A stretch of 62,967 nt of DNA, filler included, from Gonapodya sp. JEL0774 (lineage: Eukaryota): assembly GCA_027604505.1 (NCBI GenBank). It is 13 parts of 13 records of this genome, joined end to end, with 100 filler letters (N's around TTAATTAATTAA, not from the genome) between each part and the next. Parts side by side here need not be neighbours in the genome. Positions count along the whole stretch, not along the records: positions 24,384 to 29,134 come from JADIIX010000865.1; positions 29,235 to 33,983 come from JADIIX010000866.1; positions 34,084 to 38,830 come from JADIIX010000867.1; 10 more parts are not named here. One strand, 5' to 3'. A program made the position numbers and the translations under genes. Under the pieces are notes generated by a model. The model was not told the origin of the DNA, made no database searches, and saw nothing but the letters and a program-made list of their open reading frames with translations. Shown here in pieces: positions 24,284 to 38,000 of the stretch (within the stretch, counting starts at the first letter, position 1; every line of letters begins with the position of its first letter).

Positions 24284-25215
24284 NNNNNNNNNNNNNNNNN
24301 NNNNNNNNNNNNNNNNNNNNNNNNNNNTTAATTAATTAANNNNNNNNNNNNNNNNNNNNNNNNNNNNNNNNNNNNNNNNNNNNCAACCCACTCACCTTTC
24401 AAAGGATTCTGCCATGATCGAAAGCTCAGTCTGCCACTCCCGGTTTTCGGTGGGTCAGTGCTTGGACGTGACCCGTCAAACGAAGCACCGCGCACCAGAA
24501 AGCCCTACCCAGTCAACCACGAGAGCCGAATTGATTAACGTTACGAGTTTCGCAAACTCGTTTTCAGATCTCACCCCGCGAGCTCCATACTGGTCACCCA
24601 TGCTGAAGTGGAATTATGTGGACGATGTCGATTCTTCGTGTGCGATAGGCTTCAAGCACCCTTCAACAGCCCTCCGATTCGGACAAGTGGCGCAAATCAC
24701 AAGAAGAGCGTGGCCAGTCGGGTATACAAATCCGAACGTTTTCTTCACTTGCTGGAATGGCGCTCAGCTTTTGGCTATTAGAACAAGAATCGACCAAAAG
24801 TCCTTCAAACCTTTGTGAGGCACTTGTTCCGCATTTCCAAAACCGGAAAAGGGACAAAAAAAAGTTTTCATTCAATACGAAATCCCCTTTACAGGGGCAC
24901 TTATTCTGCATCTGTACATCCCAATAGCCGTTTATCAATCCTGTACTAAAGTGTGTGAGGGGGAGTCTGTACTACAATTCATTTCATTACGACCGCTCCG
25001 ATCGCAGCCCCCCGTAAAGTAAACAAACCAACGGTCAACTATCGATGTTTTGTTTTCCCGATATCACCGTCTTATGAGTTTGGGTTGGGCCGGTTCCAAA
25101 TATTGTGCCATGAGAAAGGGCAGATGTTGTGCGGCAATCAGAAAATTACGACATTGCCACCATCGGTGCTCAAGATACTTACCTCTCTAGTATAGCGTCA
25201 AAAGTACGGGGTGAT

Positions 25216-27302
25216 CTACCCAACAACCCCATCTCTGAAGAATCTCTGGATGCCTGCCTTCTTCTGCTGATGCGGTGGAGGTGACGGTGCGGTGCTTCCA
25301 TTGATGCTCGCCGCCCCCGACATCTGCGGTGAGGTGGCCGTCACGGTACTTTGCACGTCCGAGTTATCGATTGAGCCGTCCCCGGGAACACCCCAAGATC
25401 CGAGGTCGACGTGCGTGTCAATGACGGGCTGGGGACCGAGGGTGTAGGGGCCAGATGGTTGACTGTTACGGTTGAGACTAGTTTGCGAGGGGAGGGGAGG
25501 GGTGGAGCGGTTCGAAGAGGAGGTGCCGGTCTGGAAGGAGGCGATGGACGGGCGCGCCTGGAGGGATTGGAGACCACTAAGTCCGCCGGCACCACCCCCA
25601 CTGCTAGAGCTGGGGCCTGGAGTTCGCAGTCTGTAGGAGTAAAGATGGGTAGCGGTTGGAACACAGGTAACCGGGGAAGGTGTTGAGAGATTGCAATGAT
25701 TTGGGTATCCATCGTGTCAGGGACTCGTGACGGATACCATGTCATGCAAACACTCACTTTGCAAACAGTGCGGTTACAAGCGCATTCCGTGGCGCGCTTC
25801 CGTCCCTGTTGGCCTCCTCCAACTCATCGAGCGTGAGATCCTCGAGGCGTACCTTACTCCACAGATCCTCCCTCTGGGACGCGTCCAGATCCGCATTGTG
25901 ATGTATGTACGCACGGACCATCTGGTACGTTTGGTTGGCGGGCCAGGGAACAAAGAGTGGTGAAGGTGCCACGTCTGCGATATCTGCAGTGGCGTGGTCC
26001 ACGGTGGCGAAGAAGAGGTCAAACGAGGCGTTGAGCAAAGCGCTCGAGTCCGAAACGATCTTCGACGATGCGGTGTCGAGGACGAGACTGATGGGGACGT
26101 TGTTGTCCACGAAGGCGGACTCGATATCGTCGATGGTGAGGTTTTGGAAGGGGACTCGGTGCCACAGAGCCGTCGCCTGTTCGCTGGGGAGGACAAGTTG
26201 GGGTCTTGAGCGCGCGGAGATATACCGTCGGACAAGGGCAAAGTGTTTTGTGGGGTCCGTGTGGTCCATGACTGCGGCAAAGGTCTGGAAGGAGCTGATG
26301 GAGAGGGTTTCGTCGTCGGTGTCGTTGGCTGCTAGGAGTTCAACGAGACGGTCGATTGCGAGGTTCTCGATGTCACGGACGCCCCACTTCGAGGCTTCGT
26401 CGGCGATGGTGAAGATATCGTCTGGGTTTGTGGTAGGTGCTTCGATGGAAGCTTTGAGGACGCGGTCCGAGTCTAGAAGGACCACAACCAAGACAGAGTT
26501 GGTCGAGGCAGCAGAGAGAAACCTCAACAGCAGAGTGCGAGGCCCGGTTTAACTTACAGGAGTGGAGGCGAGGGAGTTCGAAGATTTCTGCAACGTGACG
26601 GACACCGACAATCTGATCCCACTTGGACTCGGGTATGGAGATCTCATTGTCCTCCATCGAATCTATTGGGAACGGACAATCGAATCGTGAGTTTCGTCGG
26701 AGGCTCGGGGAAGGAGGACGTGGTACCCTTGTTGATCAGCCTGTGATATGTCCCCCAGACGACTGAACACCCACATATCCACCACAAACTCAGACCTAGT
26801 ACTTCGTGGAGAGCTTTGTGGGACGGGAGAACAGGAAGAGGGTACATGGGGAGTCCCTTGGAGTTTGTTTCGGTGGGGAGAGTTTGGGAGAACAGGTCCT
26901 CGAAAAACGGTGAACGATAAGAGAGGAGGACCCGATGGACAGGAACGGTGTTGATCTGATTCAGAAAGATGACAAGAATTTTATATTCGATTCACGACTG
27001 ATGTTGGCACAACGTTGTTTGAAGCCACACCTTGTTGTCTGTTGTCTTGATCTTCAGCACGGCATCTGCGTACTTTGCGGCTTTCAGGTATGGCAAGAAC
27101 GCTGTCAGGGCAGGCTGTTGTACGCCGGCTTCAACATCGGGAGAAAAGGGTGAAGATGATTTGAGAATCGGGCATGACCAGGTTCACAGGGTAATGGCAA
27201 GATGGGTCAGCAACGGGAAGAGAATCGATCGCAGAGCAGAGACACACCGCTCGTCTGTATCTGGCCTTGTCCATCCGAGTTCACAGATGCGTCGCCCATC
27301 AT
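25216..27302 (-). CDS. BTB/BACK-like protein, paralog A (multi-exon; start inferred)
   Basis: YLKAAKYADAVLKIKTTDNK| followed by a BTB-like exon, then two BACK-like repeats (LVRRYI..LWHRVPFQNLT; MVRAYI..LWSKVRLEDLT) and a low-complexity last exon. Confidence 0.7.
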
Positions 27303-27889
27303 CGTTGCGGTCCCCAAGCAGCGGTTTTTACTGGGATTCTCTTTGGTCTTCCAACGGAGCCGGGGGGTGTGGCGCAACCAACAAACCCGGACTCCTATCC
27401 TTCATCACAACTTCATGCGAAAATGTTAAGAATCTAAGTTCGCTCGACTATGTCTGCTGTGCTCAAATCTCCAGAAAGTTTGGGGAACGTGATGTGAGTG
27501 TGTCGCCAGTTTGCGGTGCTCAGGTTGTGTGCGGATAAACAAGAACACATATTTGTGGAAACATTCCGACGACTTTCCGACCGATTTACGGCGTCCCACA
27601 AATGTGTGGAATGTGGACCAATCATTGAGAGGTTTGAGAGTTCAAAGTTCTGTCCTTTTTGGGATTGAATCGGAATCGGGCAGCGACGCCCTGTAACGTG
27701 GACAAACAAAGACCTACAGATACCTGCTACCTACTTTTACATTTTGACGTCTTCCACGAGGATTAGTTCGGGTATTCTTGTGTCAGGCGAAGGTTTGTCC
27801 GTGCCTGGCTGACCACTACATATGACGACGGCCCAGCAAGCCCAACTCTAACCAAAACTGGCGCAATATCAAACACCACCACCCAGGTT

Positions 27890-29134
27890 ATGATCGCAAA
27901 TGGAACCGGCGGAGATGCGGATCCAAAACCGCAGCGACGGAAGAGCAACGGAAAGGATCGCAAGCGGGACAAGGACCGGGATCGAGGGCGGGACGCTTCT
28001 CCAGCAAAGGGCAAATCCAGCAGAGAAGGACGTGGACGCTCGCCGTACGTCCGAAAAGGTGGTTTGCACGGATATCTGAAGTCGGCGAAGTTCGCGGATG
28101 CTCTCCTCAAGATCAAAACCACTGACAACAAGGTCAGTACTCGTGATTCGCGACGATATATATTGTGGCTCGAGTCATGGTTTTGGATCCACTCACGTCC
28201 GTATCGCTCGCGAATTCTCTTCCAGATGACAACAGTACCGTGCCATCGTCTCATCCTATCCCTCCGTTCCGACTTCTTTGACAATCTCTTCAGCCAAGGC
28301 CCCAAAGACACTCCCACTTCCAATGGGCTTCCCGTGTTCCAACTGCCCGTCTTACCACCACACCGCTCCCTTCACGAAGTCGTCGGCAAGATTCTTTGGG
28401 CGCTCTATGCGCTGGATGGATCCTCATTGGCAGTTCTGGACACGAAATGGTGGGTTGTTTATGCGGCGATTTCCTTCACACAATGGGGCACCACGCGAAA
28501 ACTCAAGTATTCTTCCGTCCATTTCCAAAATCACAATGTTCTTTGCTTTTTACGTGTTTCCTGGAAACGTCCACACAGGGACGAAGTGGTCGGTGTCCTT
28601 CGAGTCGCCGGAGAAATGGGCATGACCGAGTTCACCAGCGAATCCGAACGAGCCCTGAGCGAGGCAATCGAGGGGAGCAAGACCTCTCCCGAGAATCTTC
28701 GCACCATCGCAAAGGAGGCTCGCGCGTGGGGTTTACCGGACCTCGCGAGTCGGGCTCTGTCTCGCCTGGCGGAAATATTTGCCAACATCGCGGACCTCGA
28801 TGGTCCAGCGCTGTTTACCATGTCCCCACAGACGCTGGGCGAAGCGCTGGAGCTCGTAGAACCTTCCCAGCAGTACGATATCGTACGCAAGTACCTCAAC
28901 ACTCGCGCGAATTCCACCAATCCTGTTTCCCCCGACGCCGCTTCTGCCCTCTGGGGCAACGTCTCCTTCGAATCCCTCTCCCTCTCCGAGCTTGAATCGG
29001 GGTTTGAGGACCCCACCGTTCCCATTTCCTTCGTCCTCGAAGCCGCAACCTCGCTGGTATTGCAGGACGCGTCGGCACTTGAAACCGCGTCACCGGACCT
29101 CTTCAACGCCGCGCTCGAGCACGGAGCGTCGGCT
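27890..29134 (+). CDS. BTB/BACK-like protein, paralog B (3' truncated)
   Basis: YLKSAKFADALLKIKTTDNK|..VPCHRLILSLRSDFFDNLF (BTB); IVRKYL..LWGNVSFESLS. Confidence 0.8.
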
Positions 29135-29234
29135 NNNNNNNNNNNNNNNNNNNNNNNNNNNNNNNNNNNNNNNNNNNNTTAATTAATTAANNNNNNNNNN
29201 NNNNNNNNNNNNNNNNNNNNNNNNNNNNNNNNNN

Positions 29235-30300
29235 TCTTCCCAAACTCTCTCCCAAGGATCCTCGTCAAATCATTTCTCTCGCAAAATCGCTGCTGTCTCG
29301 TGGAATGATCAATGAGTTCTCGTTTCTCGTGGACACGTGCGCGTCTGAACCGGGCAACCTCAACGACAGACGCATCTTTGGCATCATCGCCGCATCTGAT
29401 GCCGTCAAGGATGTGGCCACACAAGCTATCAAAGCTGTTTCCGAGGCAGAAGCGAATGAGCATGACTACGCACACTCAGTCTCGGCTGCGTCTGCGGAGG
29501 ACTACATGTGGACTTTGGGCAGGTTGACCTGGTCCTCTTCTGCAGCGAGAAAGACCTTGTTGGACAGCCAGGCCGGTGATGCATTTCTTGATGGAATCTT
29601 GCACTCCTTCGACAATCGAATGAGGCTTCTTGAGTCCATTCTATGCACCTGCACACGCCCGGCCGGACGATCATACCTCTCTTGGTTCGAACAACTTCCA
29701 GTTCTGCAAAAGAGCCACAATCACTGGGTATTAGCCACGTTCCAGACACGTCTGCAAATCGTCTATCATCTTGCGCTCGAGAATCCCGAGAAGGTCAACG
29801 GCGCCATGACAGCTATACTCTCTGTAAATCCTAAGACAAAACCACCCATTGAAATGCGCCTTGTTCGACTCCTTCGTTTCCATGGCTTGCTTATAGATGC
29901 TCTCCCCCGTAACTCGGAGCAATACGCAGCACTGGAGTATGAGCAGTCGCCCGGCCACAGTGTGCTTGGTCACACCATCGCGCTCTGCAAGATGCAGTGC
30001 CAGATGAGGGAGTACATGGTAATAGCCCTGCAGAGGCTGGATCTTTCAAGTTTGCCGGACCCCACTTCGGCAAGACGGGTTTTGGATATCGCTCGAATCT
30101 GCGGCAACTCTCAGGGCTGTCCCTTGGATCCCATCGCTGCGCAATTCGAGTCAGATGAAAAAGCGAATCAGTATGCAAAGAGTTTGAAAACATGCAAGGC
30201 TTGCCGACGGGTGTGGTATTGTTCGCAGGACTGTCAGAAGCGTGACTGGCCGATTCATAAGACAGTCTGCAAGCTTTTAATGTTAGTTGGAGGGCAGTAG
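29235..30300 (+). CDS. MYND zinc-finger protein (start may lie beyond the contig edge)
   Basis: CGNSQGC..KTCKACRRVWYCSQDCQKRDWPIHKTVC. Confidence 0.85.
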
Positions 30301-30629
30301 CATTTAGAACTCGAGACGACATCAAGTGCATGGTACATTAGGATGGTAGGATGGTCCATTGATGGTGCGGCGTGTCAGTTGGGGAGTTGCCGGAGAGTGA
30401 TCAAACTGCCTGTAATCATCGAATACAGCGTATACGAGGCACACGCGGTTTCTACCGTAATAGCGGCGCTTGCTTGTCCATTCGCCATGATGATTTCTCC
30501 ATACATAGAGAAAACGTTACGGTTGGGTGTGGTCCTCACGTGATCCGAATCAAACGCCATAAATCCGTCTCCTCCGAAAACGTCAACGCCGACCTTGTTT
30601 TGAAGAAAGCAAACACCGAGCCATCTTCA

Positions 30630-32905
30630 ATGCATCGCATCTCTCCTTCGTCGCGAGTTCCTGTTTCTGTATCTCAGCTGCTACCACCGGGCAGCATTCG
30701 TCCTTGCCCGAAATTGACTGCTCTTGACCCTGCGATCGCACCGCGATTCACGTCTCGGTCGAAATCTTCAACATCGCCAACCACGTCATCCTCACGATGG
30801 ATTTGGATCGCCACGGGTGGTGCGGTCCTTGTCAGCGGAGGACTTTACCAGTTCTCTCGCAATCGGAGGACAGCTCCTCCTGATTTGTCGCTATCCGATC
30901 CCGAACGTCTTTCCACCGCCATCTCCTACTTCAACACGATACTCCCGGCCTCTCACATCTCTACCAACCCCGCCGACCTCACGTCTCATTCGCAGGACGT
31001 ATCTCCTTACCTTCCGACGGGACGACCTGCAATTGTGCTCTACCCTTCCACTGAAGACCAAGTGTCGAAGATACTTCAAAAGTGCAATGAACTAAAAGTG
31101 CCTATTGTGGCATATGGTGCAGGAACATCACTCGAGGGGCAGACGGTTGCTGGGCGGAGGGCAGGAGTGGTGGTGGATCTGAGCAGGATGAACGCGGTGC
31201 TGGAAGTATATCCAGAGGTATGGATCAGCGAAGCCGTTACCCCGAGGTATCTAGTTCTTCTACGGTGGTTACAATTCAGGATATGCAAGCTGTCGTCCAA
31301 CCGGGCATTTCCTGGAACGATCTCAACCACGAGCTCGAACCTCTTGGACTTTTTTTCGCACCAGATCCAGGCGAGACGTCTCTGATTCATCCATTATACG
31401 ATCCCCACCTCTCTCTCACACCCGCCTCACCCGTCGGGACTCAGGTTTGGGCGCCTCAATAGGGGGAATGTGCGCAACGAGCTGCTCGGGAACACGAGCG
31501 TACCGGTACGGTGTAATGAGGGATAACGTAATCGGGCTGCGGGTGGTGTTGCCCGATGGACGGCTTGTGAGAACCCGAAGGAGGCCCAATAAGAGCAGTG
31601 CCGGTTACGATTTGACGCGGTGAGTTACAGAGCAAAGCAACTGTGTCCATTACCTCCTTGTCGCCCGCAAGCTATGCGACCCTATTGCTGACGTTCGCGT
31701 CCCGTAGGCTTTTCATCGGCAGTGAAGGAACCCTCGGTGTCATCACCGAAGTCACAATTAAATTGCGGAACATTCCTGATAACTTAAGTGTCGCGCTCGT
31801 CACGTTCGATGATGTATCCAAGGCTGCTGCTATGGTGCAAGTAGGTAGCATAAATCTCTGCCTTTGTTGAAACGGGACGTCTGACCGGACATTGGGTAGG
31901 ATCTCTTCCGGTCCGGCATTCTCTTACACCGCCTCGAACTCATGGACAAGACTGCAATGACTGCCGCAAATGCTTACAACAAGATGGATCTTCCGAATGC
32001 GGATACATTGATCATTGAAGTAGGTCGATGGAACTGTCTCAATTCTCTTTTTAATTGTGGGATTCAATACTTTCATCATTGATACATTCTCCTTGGTGAT
32101 AAAGTTCGCCGGCTCGCAATCCACCGTTGCGGAACACTCCGCTGTGGTGTCATCCTTCGCCACCAAAAATGGAGCTCTGGTGTATCGTCTCGCCCAAGAT
32201 CAAGAGGAGTACAACGCTATCTGGGCACTTCGTCGAAATGCTCTGTGGTCCGCGATGCTCCACCGACCGGACGTAGACCCGGCAGACCTTTCGATCCTCA
32301 ACACGGACACGGTAGTACCACCGTCGCGGCTTGTTGAGGCGCTCACGCGGACACAAGAGTTGAAGAAGGAGTTTGGATTGGAGTTCCAGATTGTGGCGCA
32401 TGTTGGAGACGGGAACAATGTGAGGATACTTACGGATGTTTTGTGCCAATTCTCAACGGCCACCCTCAACATGGCTGCTTTGAAATTCGGAAAATAGCAC
32501 GTCAATATCCCTTTGAGAAAAGGAGACAAGGATGAACTTGCGCGAGCAAAGGCCTTTGCCGAAAAGATCGCAAAACTCGCAATAGATTTTGACGGATCCT
32601 GCACAGGGGAGCAGTAAGTTTCTCGCCAGTCGTAATGCTAATCACTCCGTGTGAATTCGATTGCCCTGTTCGCAATGCATGCATGTTGCAGTGGTATCGG
32701 TATAGGCAAGAGAGAGCTGTTGGAGCTAGAGGTAGGAAAGGAAGCGGTGCAGGTTATGCGTGCGGTGCGTCCAGTCTAGTTGTCGTGATTTTTAGTTCTT
32801 GCGGATACCACTCTCTCTCACATTGAACATCGTCACCAGATCAAACATCAGTTTGATCCACACAACATTATGAATCCTGACCATCTGCTCCCAGCGGAAT
32901 CATGA
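30630..32905 (+). CDS. Mitochondrial FAD-linked D-lactate dehydrogenase-like, copy 1 (multi-exon)
   Basis: [77 protein letters not shown]; basic N-terminus resembling a targeting peptide. Confidence 0.92.
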
Positions 32906-33106
32906 ATCCATCCTGACTATGATCGACCATCGCCGATACCCTGATATTTATTAGCCCTTTGAATCTCGCTACCTACTGTGTATAAGCAATGCATGAATGT
33001 GTTTGCGGGAATTTATCGGCCTGGAAGATCCTGGAGTACGTACTTGATTGGTAGCAAATCAAGTACCGATGTTCACCATTTCCAGCCAGAACCCGTTCTC
33101 CTCGCG

Positions 33107-33983
33107 ATGATGCAGAACGGCTTGCGCTTATCTTCAGCCATTCGGACGTTTACAGGCTCGGCGTATTTACCATATGTGGCATCATTCTTTTGCGGACATC
33201 CTATTCACATCACGTCGAGTTCTCGACGTGCTTCGTCTCGCACATATTCAACGCAATCAAGCCATTCATCCTCAAAAACCCACCCCACATGGACAAAGTT
33301 TGCTCTGGGTAGTACTTTTCTGGGTACTGCAGCGATTCTGTGGGGGATCCGCTCTCGATCAGGATTGAACGAAACAGCGCTTGATCGTGTCGCCCACGCT
33401 TTCAAGCAAGCATTGCCAGACTTGGAAATGTCTTTCGACCCGCAAGACATCTTGTCACATTCCACGGACGTTTCGTCCAATCTCCCTCAAAGCAAACCAC
33501 ACGTGGTCGTGTATCCCACGTCGGAAGATGAAGTGTCACAGATACTCAAGATGTGCAACAAACTGAAGGTTCCTGTTGTAGCCTACGGCGCCGGAACGTC
33601 GCTAGAGGGCCAGATTGTGCCCGGACCGAGGTCTGGTGTGGTGGTGGATCTGAGCAGAATGTCCGCGATTGTCAAAATATACCCAGAGGCGAGTGGTTTC
33701 TCAGGTTCCACAAGAGCTCTAGACAAACTTTGCCTTCGAATAAAGGACATGCAAGCAGTCGTCCAGGCAGGTATCTCTTGGAACGAGCTCAACCACGAAC
33801 TCGAACCCCACGGGCTGTTCTTCACACCTGACCCAGGCAAGTTTTCTGTTGCCAAAAAACATTCATATGACTCTACCTCATTATTACTAATGGGTATATC
33901 ACTTTCATTCATCGCGTAGGACTTGGCGCGACGGTCGGCGGCATGTGCGCCACAGGGTGTTCTGGCACACGCGCGTATCGGTA
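33107..33983 (+). CDS. D-lactate dehydrogenase-like, tandem copy 2 (3' truncated)
   Basis: Same motifs ([37 protein letters not shown]) and same intron positions as copy 1. Confidence 0.9.
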
Positions 33984-35049
33984 NNNNNNNNNNNNNNNNN
34001 NNNNNNNNNNNNNNNNNNNNNNNNNNNTTAATTAATTAANNNNNNNNNNNNNNNNNNNNNNNNNNNNNNNNNNNNNNNNNNNNTCCATCTCGGTCGCCTG
34101 CCCTTCTTTGGTCCTCTTGCAATACTTTTGGCTCGTGAGGATGGTACGGGCCGTGGGGTCCAGGTTTGGGGCGGGGGCCAAGGAAGGTGGGAAGGGAGGT
34201 GCGACGGAGAGGAAGGAGCAGAATGGGACGGCGAACGGGAACGGAGTGGGGAATGGGAAGGTGGGGCACAGGGAGACCGACCAGGGCGCAGAGCGGGGGA
34301 AGGAAGAGTGACTCGCACGGGCCACGGTGGAGGGGCGGACGCGGACCGAGTGACTTTTTCCCCATCAAGGTGGACTGCAGGGTAGGCGGATCGGCACACG
34401 GGGTCAGAGTCACCACTATGCGGCAGGTTCCAGCGGTTGAGGTTTGGAGAGGACGGACAGAGTGTGTGGGTGTGTCAGGCACCGTGACGGTTGTTGGTAC
34501 GGATGGAGACAGAGGGTGATTTGAATGTGGTAGAGTTCCATGTCGGGAGGTGGAAGGGTCAGGGGTTGGTGTGGTGTATTGTGGGTTGCGGTCCACGGCT
34601 GAGATTACTTTCTATTTTGTTGTTTACATTTACGTAATTCTTACGCGGTGGTATAACGGGTAGTGCTGTCGAAGTGCTGATTTCTTTTCTCACGCGCGTT
34701 TAGTTGTAGTGATCGGAGTGCACAGTGCCCATATTCCCAAATCAAAACCACTTTGATTTCATTTACCACGTGATCTTCTTTTGTCCTCACGTCTGCTACT
34801 GGAAAGTTTTTTCATTGCCCACGGATCCTCGTCGTGTGCACCCGGTGGGCCTTGGCAATACAGCTTTTGTTCTGTACCCGCAGGTGAAGGGTGAAGCAGA
34901 CACTCGTTTGAGGCTTTTGATTTTGCACAGTTATAGAGCCCCCTCTTGTCATTGAGGGCACTTTCTTCTCCTCCCTGCATATCTTGCTTCCATTCTGTTT
35001 TGGTCTCGGGCAGCTGTCTGGCTCGAACGTGATGTGATGTCATCGCTCC

Positions 35050-38000
35050 CACCACATTGGAACTATGAATTGTGTGATGTCGTTACATAAGGAGCTGGTG
35101 AAACATTCCACCCAGCATTGTTTATGAGGATGTAGCCGTGTCAATAACACTGGTATTATGATGTTCCACTCACAAATTACAGCAGATCACACAATCTGTG
35201 GACTTGGTTGTCACTTGTCAGCAACTCATGACACAGTCTTTCATGAATACCTCAGGTTTCAAATGGTCCTGGTCTAGATCAGCTCGGTACCTTTTTTTTT
35301 TTTTTTNNNNNNNNNNCACTATGGTTCTGGTCAGGCCCGCCAGTGAGACAGTGTGGCTGACTCATGACAGGTGCAAGAACTTTGAAAGGGTCGCCATATG
35401 ATCAGAATTGCCAAGTACAGCACTCAATAAATAAATGAGTAGTCATGAACATTGTCTCCCCTGTTTTCACTGTCTAAATGAACAGAAAACTGACCTCTTT
35501 CACACACCTTGAATGTTCCAGATATTGTCCCATGCACTCATATCTGGATCTATAACGTTTGCATTGCCATCAGGATTTGTACCAGAGAACTGTCCAGGGC
35601 TCCTTGTGGTGTGTGCTTGTTGGCTGTGGCAAGAACAGCTCCTTTTAAGAATAGTAATACTGAAGCAGAGTAAGTCGCCAATTCAGATGTACACTGAGAG
35701 CAGTGGCCCCTTGTCAGAGATTTGATTTGCATTTAAAATTTTTGCAGATTGCCTTAGAGAAGAGTTCAATCTCTGTTCTCAACAAAGCTTGTACAATTAC
35801 AATTCACCCAACTCTTTCCCACACAGCTTGATCTTCATTGGTGCTCACATCTCAAGTGGGTATGTGGATATTTGTTGTCATTGCAGAGTGTTCCTTGTCA
35901 TTACAGCCATGGGAAATGGTAATGAACAGGACACTTAGTACAATACACAGTGCTGTATCATTGTCTCATGATTGCTGACCATCTGCTGGGAGGTAGTGGA
36001 CACCTGTTCCAGGTTTGGTTTCAGAATGTTCTCAATTTGCACCTCTTATAGAGGATACTCTGTCCTAGACAATGCATGTCTGCAACCATCACAGCTCCAG
36101 CTTGGAAATGTGTTGAATATCCAGGTTATGACATTGGAACTCTCCCCATTTTGAAGCTGTTACGTAAGATGCTGGAGAGACATTTGTGCTACATCTTGAT
36201 GGGGAAATAGCGGTTTCAAATATGGTGTTGGGGCATGTCACCATTTACAAATACAAATCACCCAATCCACACAGTCAACTGCTGACAATCCATGACAACA
36301 TCTTTCACAGACCACTTGGCTTTAAAATGGCTAAAGTGCAGATGTAATACTTTGTGGTGCGCTCTGGTTCTGTCAGATTCACAGAGGGAGAACATGGAAG
36401 GCCAGAAGGTGAAATATATGTATGTCACAAAAGCCAAAATTGCTAAGTCCTTCACATGCTGGGCAATGAGGACCTATCACCAGACCTCTTTGCTCCTCAC
36501 TAATTGATGAAGTTTCTGGATTTAATACTCAAACACTACCCATATTACATCCAGCTTTTTTTGGTTTGTCCTTGTATTAATATCAGGAACTTTTGTGATG
36601 CCATCAGATTGAGCAGAGGGTTTCTCTTCATTTGTGCCTGTGTCAAGAATGGATCCAAGGATTATTGATCCATAGAGTGCACCTGCTGATAATGATCAAT
36701 ATGAGGTGCAACATCAGAGTCAGGAGTCCAAGCAGCAGTCCATGCAGCTTAGTGGTCTTAAAACAGTAGCAGAACACTATTGTGGAGGAGACTCTGCTTT
36801 GCTACTGTCAGTGGCTATTGCTTGGTTGCAACAACCTCTGTCCCACCGCATCAGAATTACTTTCACATACTGCTTGATATTTGTTTGGTGCTCAAGTCAG
36901 CATTTGGAATTTTTGTGTTTCCATCAGAACTCAGTTTCAGTCTTCCTTGTTGTCTGTGCTAGTTGGTCTCTGTGGGTGTCACACTGCATGTATGTTGCCA
37001 AACATCTACACCAGCGGTGCAGACCCCCCATCCAAGGCTTTGCAGTCTCAGGACACTATGCAATGGTGTTGTTTCCTCCCTGCAATGCATGTTGTGCCTC
37101 TGGCTTGAAGTTGTCAACTGCATGTGCCATCATTGGTCTGACTTATCAGCACTCTTGCTTTTGTGAAGGCATTTCTCAGACTCTCTTCACAGATCTCATG
37201 TGAGTTCTGAGCACCTTCAATGTTTATCAACTCTTCCCTGGTATAATGTGCTGTTGTCAGTCATGAATGTATGATCAAACTGCCATGATATATGCTCTGG
37301 TGCCTTTTTACATTTCTCTTTGTTTGCTTGCAGTAGGTTTTCACTTTTGCATGCCAAAACAGGTTGCAGAAGGATGTATATGCAGCTGTACATGTAAAGT
37401 ACCAACCACATGTCCAGCATCCAAACTCTTTCACATGTTATGGGTTGTACTGCACAGATTACTGTTCCTGTTCTTTTTACCTCATTGTTGCAGTTTGCTA
37501 GAGTTCTTTCTTCCTTGTTATCTGTGCCCATTGGTTTCTGTGGCAATAATCTTTGTTGTATCCCTCTTTGAATGAATGCTGCAGATCATCTATGCCAGGC
37601 CTGAATAGTGCCAGGGGGGGGGGGGGGGGGGGGGGCCGGGCGGGCGCCCGGGGCGCGGGGGCCGGGCGGGGGGGCGGGGGGGGGGAGTNNNNNNNNNNGC
37701 CAGGCCTGAATATTGCAATCCCCCCCCCCCCCCCCCCTCCCATCCAAGTTTTGGTCTCAGGACACTATCTAGTGGCTTTTACAAGGGGTTCTCTGCTCTC
37801 CACAATGCACATTTCACGACCTCCATCTCTTTTGTCTCTGGCTTGACCTTGTGACATGGTTAGTCCCACCACTATTATAGATTGGACCTCCCACTTTTGT
37901 CACACCTAACTTGCTGTGTGTTGGTCACAGTCACCATGCTGCAGATGGATCTATCTTTTCAATTACACAGGCATCCAAATTCCTTCATGGGTGACAGACT

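Noticed and set aside
34084..34600. Purine-rich low-complexity stretch with ORFs in several frames (similar at 14647-14800)
   Set aside because: Compositional bias explains the open frames; possibly 5' ends of truncated genes, but no product can be supported.
37615..37740. Poly-G/poly-C block as a G-quadruplex or terminal inverted repeat
   Set aside because: It straddles an N gap with GCCAGGCCTGAATA duplicated on both sides; most likely a homopolymer assembly artifact.
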